Source: Pyrodictium abyssi (GTDB lineage: Archaea > Thermoproteota > Thermoprotei_A > Sulfolobales > Pyrodictiaceae). Taken from it: a DNA stretch of 32,000 nt. The translations under genes were made by a program, and so were the position numbers. The stretch's first letter is position 1. The number at the start of each line of letters is the position of its first letter. Below, one piece after another: positions 1 through 8,741 of the stretch. The stretch covers positions 90,001-122,000 of the forward strand of contig NZ_AP028907.1 in NCBI RefSeq assembly GCF_036323395.1, given 5' to 3'. The notes below the pieces were generated by a model that worked only from the letters and a program-made list of their open reading frames with translations, was not told the DNA's origin and ran no database searches.

Positions 1-507
1 CTGCTCCATGCACTCCCGGCTGGGGCTCCAGTAGACCTCTATGTAGCGGCGCTTCTGGGCGAGTTCTGCCCGGAAGCCCTCGAGCCCCGTCATAGCCTCG
101 GCGATGCCCGGCGGCGCCCGGGTGAGCCGGTAGAGCTTCTCGCTGCAGGGAGTAGAAGCCACCTCCTCTAGGAGAGGCTCCAGCTTCTCGAGCGGCTCAC
201 CCACCTCGATGTAGTCCAGGCCCAGTTTCTCGTCGAAGCCGGTGGCCCGCGTTAAGACGCCGGGCGTAGCGTATACAGCGCCGCCTGCCTCGACAATGGC
301 TATGAACGGTTCCTGGTCTAGGCCTAGGCTCCTTCTTAGCGCAAGCACCTCCTCTATGGTCTTAGCAGTCACCGGGACAACGAGGAAGCCGAGCATCCGG
401 AGCAGGCGGGCATAGTACGCGTTGTCCCCGATTCTGCCGTCGTAGCTCATCATGCTCCCGTCGAGGTCTGTGAGCACCAGCCGCCTAGGCTGCCAGAGGG
501 TCGGCAT
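1..507 (-). CDS. mpgP: mannosyl-3-phosphoglycerate phosphatase (HAD superfamily), partial; C-terminus lies beyond the left edge
   Basis: Hand translation of the reverse strand from ATG (comp. 507-505) gives MPTLWQPRRLVLTDLDGSMMSYDGRIGDNAYYARLLRMLGFLVVPVTAKTIEEV... It carries HAD motif I (DLDGS) and motif II (TAKT). The frame stays open to position 1. It lies 29 nt downstream of mpgS on the same strand, the usual two-step mannosylglycerate gene pair. Confidence 0.7.
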   Translation of the reverse strand, partial: MPTLWQPRRLVLTDLDGSMMSYDGRIGDNAYYARLLRMLGFLVVPVTAKTIEEVLALRRSLGLDQEPFIAIVEAGGAVYATPGVLTRATGFDEKLGLDYIEVGEPLEKLEPLLEEVASTPCSEKLYRLTRAPPGIAEAMTGLEGFRAELAQKRRYIEVYWSPSRECMEQ

Positions 508-535
508 ACCGCTGCCCCGCGTGTAGAGTCACAGA

Positions 536-1702
536 CTACTTGAAGTAGTGTGCCATCTGGCTCTCGGCTAGTAGTGTCGAGAGCGTCTTATCCGGGTCTA
601 TGCCCTCGAGGCTGTACACTCTCGGCTTGGGCGGCTCGCCCTCGTAGCTGTAGTCCTTGAGAAGGCCCAGTATCCTTTCACGGACCTCCTCGTCAGAGCC
701 GAGCCTGGAGTGGTACACCGTGCCCAGGCTCTCAGCCAGCATCCCTGCTATGTGCTCGTCCCCGCGCTCAGCGTGTATGTGGGGGTTACGCGCCTCTATC
801 TGGAGTATGTTGACGCCCTCGGGTAGGAGGCGGCAAGAGCCTCCCTCTAGGCCTAGGAAGCAGTCCTCAAGGAGCTGGACTATCTGGTATGGCTCTACGG
901 CGAAGCCGCCCGCCCAGCGCATGCGGAGCGCGAGGTCAATGCTCATTGCGTGCTCGCCACTGTTAGCTGTTCGTACTATGTCCGTCTCGACCCGGCGTAT
1001 CCTCGAAAGAGCGTAGTTAATCACGCTGTTGGTGTGCATTGAGACTCTGCCGCGCTTCCTCAGGTACATGTCCGAGGAGGCTAGCTTGCCCTTGTAGTGC
1101 CACACTATCCTTACCATCGTGTAGGGAGACTCCGAGAGCGAGAAGCCCGCGTAGTATATCTTACTGTACTCGTTAGCGGCGCCCGGCACGTAGTTGTCGC
1201 TGTCTATGAAGCCCACATAGCGGGCGCCTATCCCGGCTGCCGCGAGGACCCCGAGTATCATGCCCTCGCCCTTACCGCTCCTCACAGCACCGCCGCTCAG
1301 CATGTCTTCGAGAGGTGTGCCAGCCAGCACCTCGGCCCACGCTGGGTCGCGCTGGTGTATGACGAGTATCTCTCGGCCAGTGACACTATGCAGAGTACGG
1401 GCCAGCTCCACTTCACGGCTATACACGTCTACCGGGGAGACCTGAGAGGCGGAGACGAGGACTATGGGCGATGCGTGCGGTATAGCACGGAGGACCCCCT
1501 CGAGCGTTATGAGCTCCTCGTCTTTCACCGGCACGACTATGGCCGTGGACGCTGCGTACTCTTCCATCGTCTCGTAGTCAAGCGTGTGGGTCCCAGACGG
1601 CTTCGACGACATGCCCAGAGAGTCTAGCTCTAGGACCCTCGACAGCTCGAATATCTTGACCGCGCCGTAAGCCTCGAACCTTGTAGGCAGACTGATCATC
1701 AA
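536..1702 (-). CDS. mpgS: mannosyl-3-phosphoglycerate synthase (GT55)
   Basis: The 388-aa ORF is collinear with Pyrococcus MPGS as I remember it: FGAVKIFEL, VVPVKDE, GVLRAIPH, RSGKGEGM, YVGFIDSDNYVPGAANEY, YTMVRI.W, GRVS..TN, NSGEHAM, EPYQIV, LQIEARNPHIHAE.GDEH, EPPKP. The track start is TTG at 1702. The adjacent ATG at 1699 is the more likely start. Confidence 0.9.
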   Translation of the reverse strand: MMISLPTRFEAYGAVKIFELSRVLELDSLGMSSKPSGTHTLDYETMEEYAASTAIVVPVKDEELITLEGVLRAIPHASPIVLVSASQVSPVDVYSREVELARTLHSVTGREILVIHQRDPAWAEVLAGTPLEDMLSGGAVRSGKGEGMILGVLAAAGIGARYVGFIDSDNYVPGAANEYSKIYYAGFSLSESPYTMVRIVWHYKGKLASSDMYLRKRGRVSMHTNSVINYALSRIRRVETDIVRTANSGEHAMSIDLALRMRWAGGFAVEPYQIVQLLEDCFLGLEGGSCRLLPEGVNILQIEARNPHIHAERGDEHIAGMLAESLGTVYHSRLGSDEEVRERILGLLKDYSYEGEPPKPRVYSLEGIDPDKTLSTLLAESQMAHYFK

Positions 1703-1979
1703 AGCTGCTCTGCACCTCCTAGCCTACTTGCTGTAAAGGGGTGATAGCAGCTAGGCTCAAGCCCTCTGCTACTCCCAAGTGGTCATCATCCGGGCGTGGG
1801 CGTCTAAGAGAGCCTGCATAAGAGGGGCTTGGTACTGCCCGCCCGTAGATCTCCCCAATCCTAAATTATATTGATTCCTCTCGTCTCAGTGCCGAGGCTG
1901 CATAAGGACAGCCCATAGGGGCTAAGGGCTCGTGGCTACGAGGAGAAACCCGTGTATAGGCGGCACCCGGGTTGACGGG

Positions 1980-2822
1980 CTAGCGCTTGAGTTCCTCGAG
2001 CAGTGCCTCGGCTAGCCTCTTTGCTGGGTTTATCCCGGTGGCCCGGTAGAATCCCTTGAACTCTGGTACGCCGTTGACCTCGTTTACTAGGTAGCCTTTC
2101 TCCCTGGTCTCGAACACGTCTATGGAGACGAAGAACCCCTTAACGGCGGCCGCCGCCCTTAGCACCATATCCTCTAGCGCGGGGTTTGCGGGGTAGGCCT
2201 CTGTCTTTGCACCTAGGGCTACGTTGCTCCTCCACTCGCCGTTCTGTGCTATCCTCCGGATACAGCCCAGCATGGTGCCAGCCACTACTATGCAGCGTAT
2301 ATCGCTGTTCCCTGTCTCGAGGTACTCCTGGACTATCATTGAGCGTGTCTGGCTGCATGGGAGCCGCTGCCTCATGTTGGCTAGCTGTTCGAGTTCCTCC
2401 GGGCTATCTGCGCGCGAGACCAGGCGGCCCCAGCTGCCGACAGGCGCCTTGACTACTACCGGGTAGCCCAGCTTGCTGGCCGCCTCTAGCGCCGCTTCCA
2501 CGTCCGCAGCGTAGAAGCTCCTGGGTATCGGTATTCGTGCTGCCGCGAGACGCGCGTATGCTAATAGCTTGTCGCCAGCTATCATTATCGTCTCTGACTG
2601 GTTTACAGTGAATACTCCTGCGGCCTCGAAGCTAGCCGCAGTGTAGGCCGCGCGGTACATGCTTATGGGCCTTATAACCGCCGCGTCGAGCCCGTCGCTC
2701 CCAAGCTCTAGGGCCCTTGAGCGCACGTTGAACAGCCTTGCGTCCATGTATTCTCCGAGCGTCTTTAGCAGCATCTGTTCCTCCTGGCGTACTACGTCCA
2801 CTACTACTGCTACGCGTAGCAC
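1980..2822 (-). CDS. RimK/LysX/ArgX-family ATP-grasp ligase (amino-acid--LysW carrier ligase); context favours ArgX
   Basis: ATP-grasp motifs are present: GYPVVVKAPVGSWGRLV, IVQEY, DIRCIVVAG, EWRSNVALGAKTE, SIDVFET..GYLVNEVNGVPEFKG. The GTG start lies 6 nt after the carB stop, so it is the last gene of the arg/car block. ArgX and LysX cannot be told apart by eye. Confidence 0.8.
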   Translation of the reverse strand: MLRVAVVVDVVRQEEQMLLKTLGEYMDARLFNVRSRALELGSDGLDAAVIRPISMYRAAYTAASFEAAGVFTVNQSETIMIAGDKLLAYARLAAARIPIPRSFYAADVEAALEAASKLGYPVVVKAPVGSWGRLVSRADSPEELEQLANMRQRLPCSQTRSMIVQEYLETGNSDIRCIVVAGTMLGCIRRIAQNGEWRSNVALGAKTEAYPANPALEDMVLRAAAAVKGFFVSIDVFETREKGYLVNEVNGVPEFKGFYRATGINPAKRLAEALLEELKR

Positions 2823-2827
2823 CGTGG

Positions 2828-5800
2828 CTAGAACACCTCCACGCCAGGGCCCCAGTAGTCGCGCAGCTCGAGGGCCTCGAGGTCCTCTACGCTGAGCCTG
2901 CTGATGGCTTCGGCTAGCATTCTTGCAAGCCTAGCGTCGAGGACCACGGGCACACCTAGGTCTACTGCTAGGCGGCGTAGGCTGTAGTCGCGCTCCGGGG
3001 CATAGTCAGTCGTCATCACTATGCCTATGCCGCCCTCCCTTATGAGGCGCAGCGCCTGCTCCACCGGCAAGGGCTCCACGCCGTCAGCCTCCATGCCTTC
3101 TACGGTGTACACTCTGTAGCCTTTCTCCGCCATCAGCTGCGCTGCTCTTGCTAGCTCGCTGCGGCCCCGGCCGGTAGGCGTGTAGACAAGGACAATGCTG
3201 TCGAGTGGCGGTATCCTGTTGCCCTGAACGCTTAGCCAACTCTTGAGCAGGGCCTCGTGCATTGTGCGGCCTAGTGCTGCTACCTCGCCGGTGCTCCTCA
3301 TCTCGGGGCCTAGGCCCGGGTAGGCGCCCTTCAGCCTCTGCCAGCTCGGCTGGGGGCTCTTTACGCCCCACCAGCTGCCGGGCTTTAGCAGCCTGAAGCC
3401 CTTGTCGCCGTTAAAGCCGTAGCTTATTCTGCCCTTTAGGGCTGCTTCGGCTGCTGCGCGCATGAGGTTGTAGCCGGTGACCTTGCTCGTGAATGGCATT
3501 GAGCGGCTGGCACGCAGGTTGAGCTCAACCACGTAGACGCCGCCGTTCTTCACGAGGAACTGTATGTTGAATGGCCCCTTTATCTCCAGGGCCTCGTTTA
3601 GCGTCTCAGCTATCCTCGTCATCTCGCGCACCGCGGTCTCGGGTATGCTGAACCAGGGGAGGACCATAGTGGAGTCGCCGCTGTGCACGCCGCCGGGCTC
3701 GATGTGCTCGATCACCGCGCCTACTGCGCGGCGGCTGTCACCTACAGCGTCTATTTCTGCCTCTACAGCGTCCTCGAGGAACTTGGACACGACGACAGGG
3801 TAGCGTGGCGACACCTTAGCAGCCTGCTCTATGTAGCTCTTTAGCTCCTCTGGGCTCCACGCTATCTTCATAGCTGAGCCGCTTAGCACGTAGCTGGGCC
3901 TCACTAGGACGGGATAGCCCACCTCCTCGGCGAAGCGTAGCGCCTCCTTGATGCTAGTGGCCGCTGTCCAGCTTGGTTGCTTTATGCCGAGCTCCTCGAG
4001 GAGCTGGGAGAACCAGGCGCGGTTCTCAGCACGGTCCACGCTGCGGCCGGGTGTGCCGAGAAGCCTTACACCGCGCTCTTCTAGGGGCTTTGCTAGGTTG
4101 TTTGCTATCTGGCCGCCCAGGAACGCTACTACGCCGACGGGCTTCTCGAACCTGTATATGTCGAGAACGCGCTCGAGGGTTAGCTCCTCGAAGTAGAGCT
4201 TGTCGTTCACGTCCCAGTCTGTGGACACGGTTTCGGGGTTGTAGTTTACGACTGCGACCTCGTAGCCGAGGCTGCGTGCTTCTTCGGCGAAGCTCACCAC
4301 CCCCCAGTCGAACTCGACCGAGACGCCGATGCGGAATACGCCTGCGCCTAGCACCATGAGCCTTGGCCGCCCGCTGGTTATAGGTTTATCGTCCTCATAC
4401 GCGTTGTAGCTCATGTAGAGGTAGTTTGTTGCTGCGGGCCACTCGGCGGCTAGGGTGTCTATCTGCCTTACATAGGGCCTCTCGAGGCCTATGCTGCGGC
4501 GTGCCCTCTCGACCTCCTCGACACTGGTGCCTGAGAGTAGTGCTACCTGCTCGTCGCTGAAGCCTAGCCGCTTAGCCTCGGCCAGGAGGTCGAGGAACTC
4601 CAGGCTCCCGGGCCGCGTGTGGCGCAGCTTCTCGGCCAGCTCTACTATCTCCCGTATCTGGTGTAGGAAGTACGGGTCTACACCGGTAGCTTCATACACC
4701 TTTTCGACTGTAGCGCCTAGTTTGAATGCCTTGGCGGCCCATATCGGCCAGTAGGGCTCGCGGCGGCGGAGCTTCTCCATCACCTTCTCTAGGCTCTCGG
4801 GCTCCTCGTAGCGCGGGCCTGCCACTACACCGGGCTCGCCTATATCTAGCATCCTTATAGCCTTCTGGAGCGCCTCGGCGAAGTTCCTGCCTATCGCCAT
4901 TACCTCTCCTATGCTCTTCATCTCGCTGCTTATACTCCTCTCGACATTCTCGAACTTCTCCAGGTCCCAGCGCGGCACTTTGACCACTACGTAGTCGAGG
5001 CTCGGCTCGAAGCAGGCACACGTCCTACCGGTGACACGGTTCAGTAGCTCGTCGAGCCGGTAGCCGAGTGCCAGCTTCGCAGCAATGTATGCCAAGGGGT
5101 ATCCCGTAGCCTTGCTGGCTAGGGCGCTGCTACGGCTCATACGCGGGTTGGTCTCTATGACGTAGTACTCCCAGCTGTCGCGGGGGTTGAAGGCGAGCTG
5201 TACGTTACCCTCGCCGATCAGGCTTATGGACTCTGCTACGCGTAGGCTCGCCTCGCGGAGGAGCTGGTACTCCTGGTCTGTGAGTGTCTGGCAGGGGGCT
5301 ATCACCACGGACTCTCCGGTGTGCACACCCATCGGGTCGGCGTTCTCGAGGCAGGCCACGGCTACCATGTTGCCGTACTGGTCGCGCACCACCTCGTACT
5401 CTATCTCCTTCCAGTGGTGGAGATACTTCTCCACGAGCACCTCGCCGGAGCCCGAGAGCGCGAAGGCGCGGACGAGCCAGCGCTCTAGCTCCTCACGGCT
5501 CCATGCCACTAGGCTTCCGCCGCCGCCGAGGTTGAAGCTTACACGGACTATGACGGGGTAGCCTATCTCGTCGGCAGCCCGTAGCGCTTCCTCGACACTC
5601 GTAGCCGGGACACTCGGCGGTATAGGCAGCCCCGCCTTCATCATGGTCTCGCGGAACCTTCCACGGGAAAGCGCCCTCTCTATACCGTCTATCGGAGTCC
5701 CGAGGACACGGATACCGTAGCGCGCTAGGACGCCACGGTAGTGGAGATCGACGCCTAGGCTTAGGGCTGTCTGGCCGCCGAAGCCCAGCATTATCGCGTC

Positions 5801-6049
5801 CGGGCGCTCGCGCTCGATGACCTTCTCCACGAACCATGGCTGGAGTGGGCCCAGGTACACGTGGTCAGCGAGCTTGTAGCTCGTCTGAATGGTGGCCACG
5901 TTGGGATTAATCAGTACCGTTTCTATGCCCTCTTCCCTCAGCGCCTTTAGGGCCTGGCTACCGCTATAGTCGAACTCTGCCGCCTCTGCTATCTTTATAG
6001 CCCCGCTGCCTAGGACGAGGACCTTCCTAACGTCTATCCTCTTCGGCAT
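2828..6049 (-). CDS. carB: carbamoyl-phosphate synthase large subunit
   Basis: 1073 aa with a duplicated ATP-grasp architecture. N-terminus is MPKRIDVRKVLVLGSGAIKIAEAAEFDYSGSQA; the second half has RLMVLGAGVFRIGVSVEFDWG. ETNPRMSRSS and ELNLRASRS motifs are present, plus a C-terminal MGS-like domain. ATG start at 6049. Confidence 0.97.
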   Translation of the reverse strand: MPKRIDVRKVLVLGSGAIKIAEAAEFDYSGSQALKALREEGIETVLINPNVATIQTSYKLADHVYLGPLQPWFVEKVIERERPDAIMLGFGGQTALSLGVDLHYRGVLARYGIRVLGTPIDGIERALSRGRFRETMMKAGLPIPPSVPATSVEEALRAADEIGYPVIVRVSFNLGGGGSLVAWSREELERWLVRAFALSGSGEVLVEKYLHHWKEIEYEVVRDQYGNMVAVACLENADPMGVHTGESVVIAPCQTLTDQEYQLLREASLRVAESISLIGEGNVQLAFNPRDSWEYYVIETNPRMSRSSALASKATGYPLAYIAAKLALGYRLDELLNRVTGRTCACFEPSLDYVVVKVPRWDLEKFENVERSISSEMKSIGEVMAIGRNFAEALQKAIRMLDIGEPGVVAGPRYEEPESLEKVMEKLRRREPYWPIWAAKAFKLGATVEKVYEATGVDPYFLHQIREIVELAEKLRHTRPGSLEFLDLLAEAKRLGFSDEQVALLSGTSVEEVERARRSIGLERPYVRQIDTLAAEWPAATNYLYMSYNAYEDDKPITSGRPRLMVLGAGVFRIGVSVEFDWGVVSFAEEARSLGYEVAVVNYNPETVSTDWDVNDKLYFEELTLERVLDIYRFEKPVGVVAFLGGQIANNLAKPLEERGVRLLGTPGRSVDRAENRAWFSQLLEELGIKQPSWTAATSIKEALRFAEEVGYPVLVRPSYVLSGSAMKIAWSPEELKSYIEQAAKVSPRYPVVVSKFLEDAVEAEIDAVGDSRRAVGAVIEHIEPGGVHSGDSTMVLPWFSIPETAVREMTRIAETLNEALEIKGPFNIQFLVKNGGVYVVELNLRASRSMPFTSKVTGYNLMRAAAEAALKGRISYGFNGDKGFRLLKPGSWWGVKSPQPSWQRLKGAYPGLGPEMRSTGEVAALGRTMHEALLKSWLSVQGNRIPPLDSIVLVYTPTGRGRSELARAAQLMAEKGYRVYTVEGMEADGVEPLPVEQALRLIREGGIGIVMTTDYAPERDYSLRRLAVDLGVPVVLDARLARMLAEAISRLSVEDLEALELRDYWGPGVEVF

Positions 6050-6088
6050 ATTCTTCTAACCCCCGCTGCCGCTTCGTCTATCAATCCT

Positions 6089-7276
6089 CTACCTTGTCTT
6101 GGTCTTCTCAATGAGCTTCAGGAACATGTCAAATACCCATGTGGAGTCCCAGGGGCCTGGGCCAGCTTCTGGGTGGAACTGGGTAGCCAGTACTAGCCCG
6201 TCGCGCGACCGTACACCCTCGAGCGTGCCGTCGTCCGGCTGGCGGAACCACGGCACGAGCCCCGTCCCGTCCAGGCTATCCCAGTCGACCGCGTAGCCGT
6301 GGTTGTGCGTCGTCACCATGCAGCGGTTCGCGCCGAGCTCGACCACGGGCTTGTTGACCCCACGGTGGCCGTAGGGGAGCTTGTAGGTACGGGCGCCAAG
6401 GCCTAGGGTTAGGAGCTGCATCCCAAGGCATATGGCTAGCACGGGCTTCCCCGACGTGGCGACCTCCGCTGCTACGCGGGCCTGGTCGCGTAGGAGGACG
6501 GGGTTGCCGGGGCCGTTGCTCAGCACCACTGCGTCGTAGCCGTCTAGCAGCTGCCAGGCTGGGGTCGTGCAGGGGTAGCGGGTCACCTCGACGCCACGCT
6601 CGAGGAGGCGGCGGAGGATGCCGTACTTTATGCCGCAGTCTAGTATCGCTACGCGCGCCCTAACCCTGCCCTCAGGCCGGTGTGTTATCGGCTCGCGGGG
6701 GCTGACCTCTAGCGCGAACACCCTCTCGTCGTAAGTCTTCGACGAGGCTAGCTTCCTGGCTAGCTCGTCCCAGCTCGGCGGCTCCTCGTCCTCCCCGTAG
6801 ACCGACAGTATGCCCATGACTACGCCGTGCTCGCGTATCCTCTTTACGAGCATCCTAGTGTCTACACGGTATATGCCCGGCACACCCTCGCTCCTCAGCC
6901 ACTCGTGTAGCGACATTGAGGAGGCGTAGTGGCTTGGCCGCGGCAGCTCCGCCACTACGAAGCCCTCCACCTGTATACGGTCGGACTCGTAGTCCTGGAG
7001 GATGCCGTGGAACAGCCTGCTCTTGCTCGGGACGCCGTAGTTCCCCATCATGGGATGCGTCTCTACGAGTATCTGGCCGCGGTAGCTCGGATCGGTGAGG
7101 CTCTCCGGGTACCCAGTCATAGCAGTGGTGAAGACGACCTCGCCTACACGGGTCGTCTCTGCACCGAACCCGCAGCCCTCGACACCGACACCGTCGGCTA
7201 GCAGGAGCCTCGCACGTAGCCCTGTCCGGCACCTCAGCAGGGGCATCCGGTAGACCTTTATCTCGACTATTTGCAT
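6089..7276 (-). CDS. carA: carbamoyl-phosphate synthase small (glutamine amidotransferase) subunit
   Basis: FTTAMTGYPESLTDPSYRGQILV and the class-I GATase catalytic block ICLGMQLL ... FHPE are present. The track start at 7276 overlaps the argH 3' end by 10 nt. An internal Met (MPLLRCRTG, about 7246) is an alternative start. Confidence 0.95.
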   Translation of the reverse strand: MQIVEIKVYRMPLLRCRTGLRARLLLADGVGVEGCGFGAETTRVGEVVFTTAMTGYPESLTDPSYRGQILVETHPMMGNYGVPSKSRLFHGILQDYESDRIQVEGFVVAELPRPSHYASSMSLHEWLRSEGVPGIYRVDTRMLVKRIREHGVVMGILSVYGEDEEPPSWDELARKLASSKTYDERVFALEVSPREPITHRPEGRVRARVAILDCGIKYGILRRLLERGVEVTRYPCTTPAWQLLDGYDAVVLSNGPGNPVLLRDQARVAAEVATSGKPVLAICLGMQLLTLGLGARTYKLPYGHRGVNKPVVELGANRCMVTTHNHGYAVDWDSLDGTGLVPWFRQPDDGTLEGVRSRDGLVLATQFHPEAGPGPWDSTWVFDMFLKLIEKTKTR

Positions 7277-8664
7277 AGGTTGGCCACCTCCTCGGCCTTC
7301 TTTACGAGGCTCTCGCGTGTACCGTTGAGGCGCGCCACGAGCTTCTCGAGGAGCTCCCTGTCGCGGGCTAGGCGCTCCCGCGCCGGGCCGGTGCCAGGCC
7401 CGGCGCGGCAGCCAGTATGCCTCATCGAGACAAGCTCCAGGGGGCTGTCTACCCCCAGCCTCCTGAGCAGCTCCCCGGCCTCGCCGCCGCGGAGCGCGGA
7501 GGCGGCCTCGCGGTAGGTCTCGCGGAGGGGCTTCCCGCTGCGGAGCGCGAGGAGCTCCGCTAGCTCAGCCCCCCACGCGGTGTAGCTCTCTGCTAGCCTG
7601 CGGAGCCTCTCTACGTCGAACTCTAGCCCCGAGAAGAGGTCCGCGAGGACACGGCTGGCCTCGACGACGTCGCGTAGGAGCGTGTAGAGTAGCGGGTTAG
7701 CCTCCTGCAGGTCGAGGTTGTAGCCGTAGGGGAGGCCTTTCTGGACCGCTAGGAGGCCGGCGGCGAGGCCCGCTGCGCGGGCGGCTCGGGCGCGGAGCAC
7801 CTCCAGGGTGACCGGGTTCCTCTTATGGGGCATTATGCTGCTCGTAGCCACGTGGCTGTCGGGTATACGGGCGGCCGCCACGTAGGGGCTAGAGAGCATT
7901 ATGAGGTCGCCGGCTATGCGCGAGGCCTCGGTCAGCACTGCGGCCGCAGCTAGAGCCGCAGCTGTGACGTCTAGCCTGCTTCCCGCCGCGTAGAGGCTGC
8001 TCTCGATCACCCCGCTGAAGCCGGCTAGCTTGGCGAGTTCCGCCGGGTCTATGTCAGCTAGGGTGCCAGCTCCTGCGCTTGCCCCGAGGGGGCTCCGGTC
8101 GACGAGGTCTACCGTGCTGTGGAGCAGCTGGTAGGCTGATGCCAGCGCCTTCTCCCATGCTAGGAGGAGGCACTCGAGCGTCGCGAGCTGGCTGGGCTGC
8201 TGGTGTGTGTGGAAGAGAACGGGGACTCCATGGTACTTCTCGGCTAGCTCGAGGAGGCGGAGGCGGGCGCGGAGGAGCCAGTCGAGCGCCTCGGCTAGGC
8301 GCTCTAGGGTGTATAGGCGGAGGGCGGCTGAGACATGATCGTTGCGGCTCCTCCCTATCCAGATGTAGGCCGAGGCGCCCCCGGTCTTTGAGGCCAGCCA
8401 GTCCTCGAGTGCCTCGAATACGTCCTCGTAGCCCGGCTTCAGCAGCTCGCTGGGCTTCTTGCCGAGGGCTTCTAGGAGGGAGCGTAACGTGGAGCATGCA
8501 GCGTCGCGGGGGATAAGCCCGCGTTCTGCTAGGTGGAGGGTATGGGCGATGAGAACACGGACGACGTACGGGTATATCTCGTCATCGTGGCCGAGGCTAG
8601 TGGTGTACTCGTAGACGAGCTGCGGGTCCCCGCCGATGCCGACGGCCTCCCGGTACCTCGGCAA
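7267..8664 (-). CDS. argH: argininosuccinate lyase
   Basis: 465 aa of the fumarase/lyase class II fold, with GRSRNDHV and the signature loop SSIMPHKRNPV. It sits between argG and carA. Confidence 0.95.
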   Translation of the reverse strand: MPRYREAVGIGGDPQLVYEYTTSLGHDDEIYPYVVRVLIAHTLHLAERGLIPRDAACSTLRSLLEALGKKPSELLKPGYEDVFEALEDWLASKTGGASAYIWIGRSRNDHVSAALRLYTLERLAEALDWLLRARLRLLELAEKYHGVPVLFHTHQQPSQLATLECLLLAWEKALASAYQLLHSTVDLVDRSPLGASAGAGTLADIDPAELAKLAGFSGVIESSLYAAGSRLDVTAAALAAAAVLTEASRIAGDLIMLSSPYVAAARIPDSHVATSSIMPHKRNPVTLEVLRARAARAAGLAAGLLAVQKGLPYGYNLDLQEANPLLYTLLRDVVEASRVLADLFSGLEFDVERLRRLAESYTAWGAELAELLALRSGKPLRETYREAASALRGGEAGELLRRLGVDSPLELVSMRHTGCRAGPGTGPARERLARDRELLEKLVARLNGTRESLVKKAEEVANLCK

Positions 8665-8741
8665 TAACCCACCATCCTCCCGCCGCTGTTACCCCCTTAT
8701 CAACCCGCTGGCTCCCTGGGGCCGCCCGGGCCCTCTGCCTC

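Noticed and set aside
1697-1792. A possible C/D box sRNA on the minus strand: ATGATGA (comp. about 1790-1784) and a second TGATGA at the mpgS start.
   Set aside because: There is no CUGA D or D' box at the required spacing. The two C-like boxes are ~85 nt apart, too far for archaeal C/D sRNAs, and the second is simply the TTG-ATG-ATC start of mpgS.
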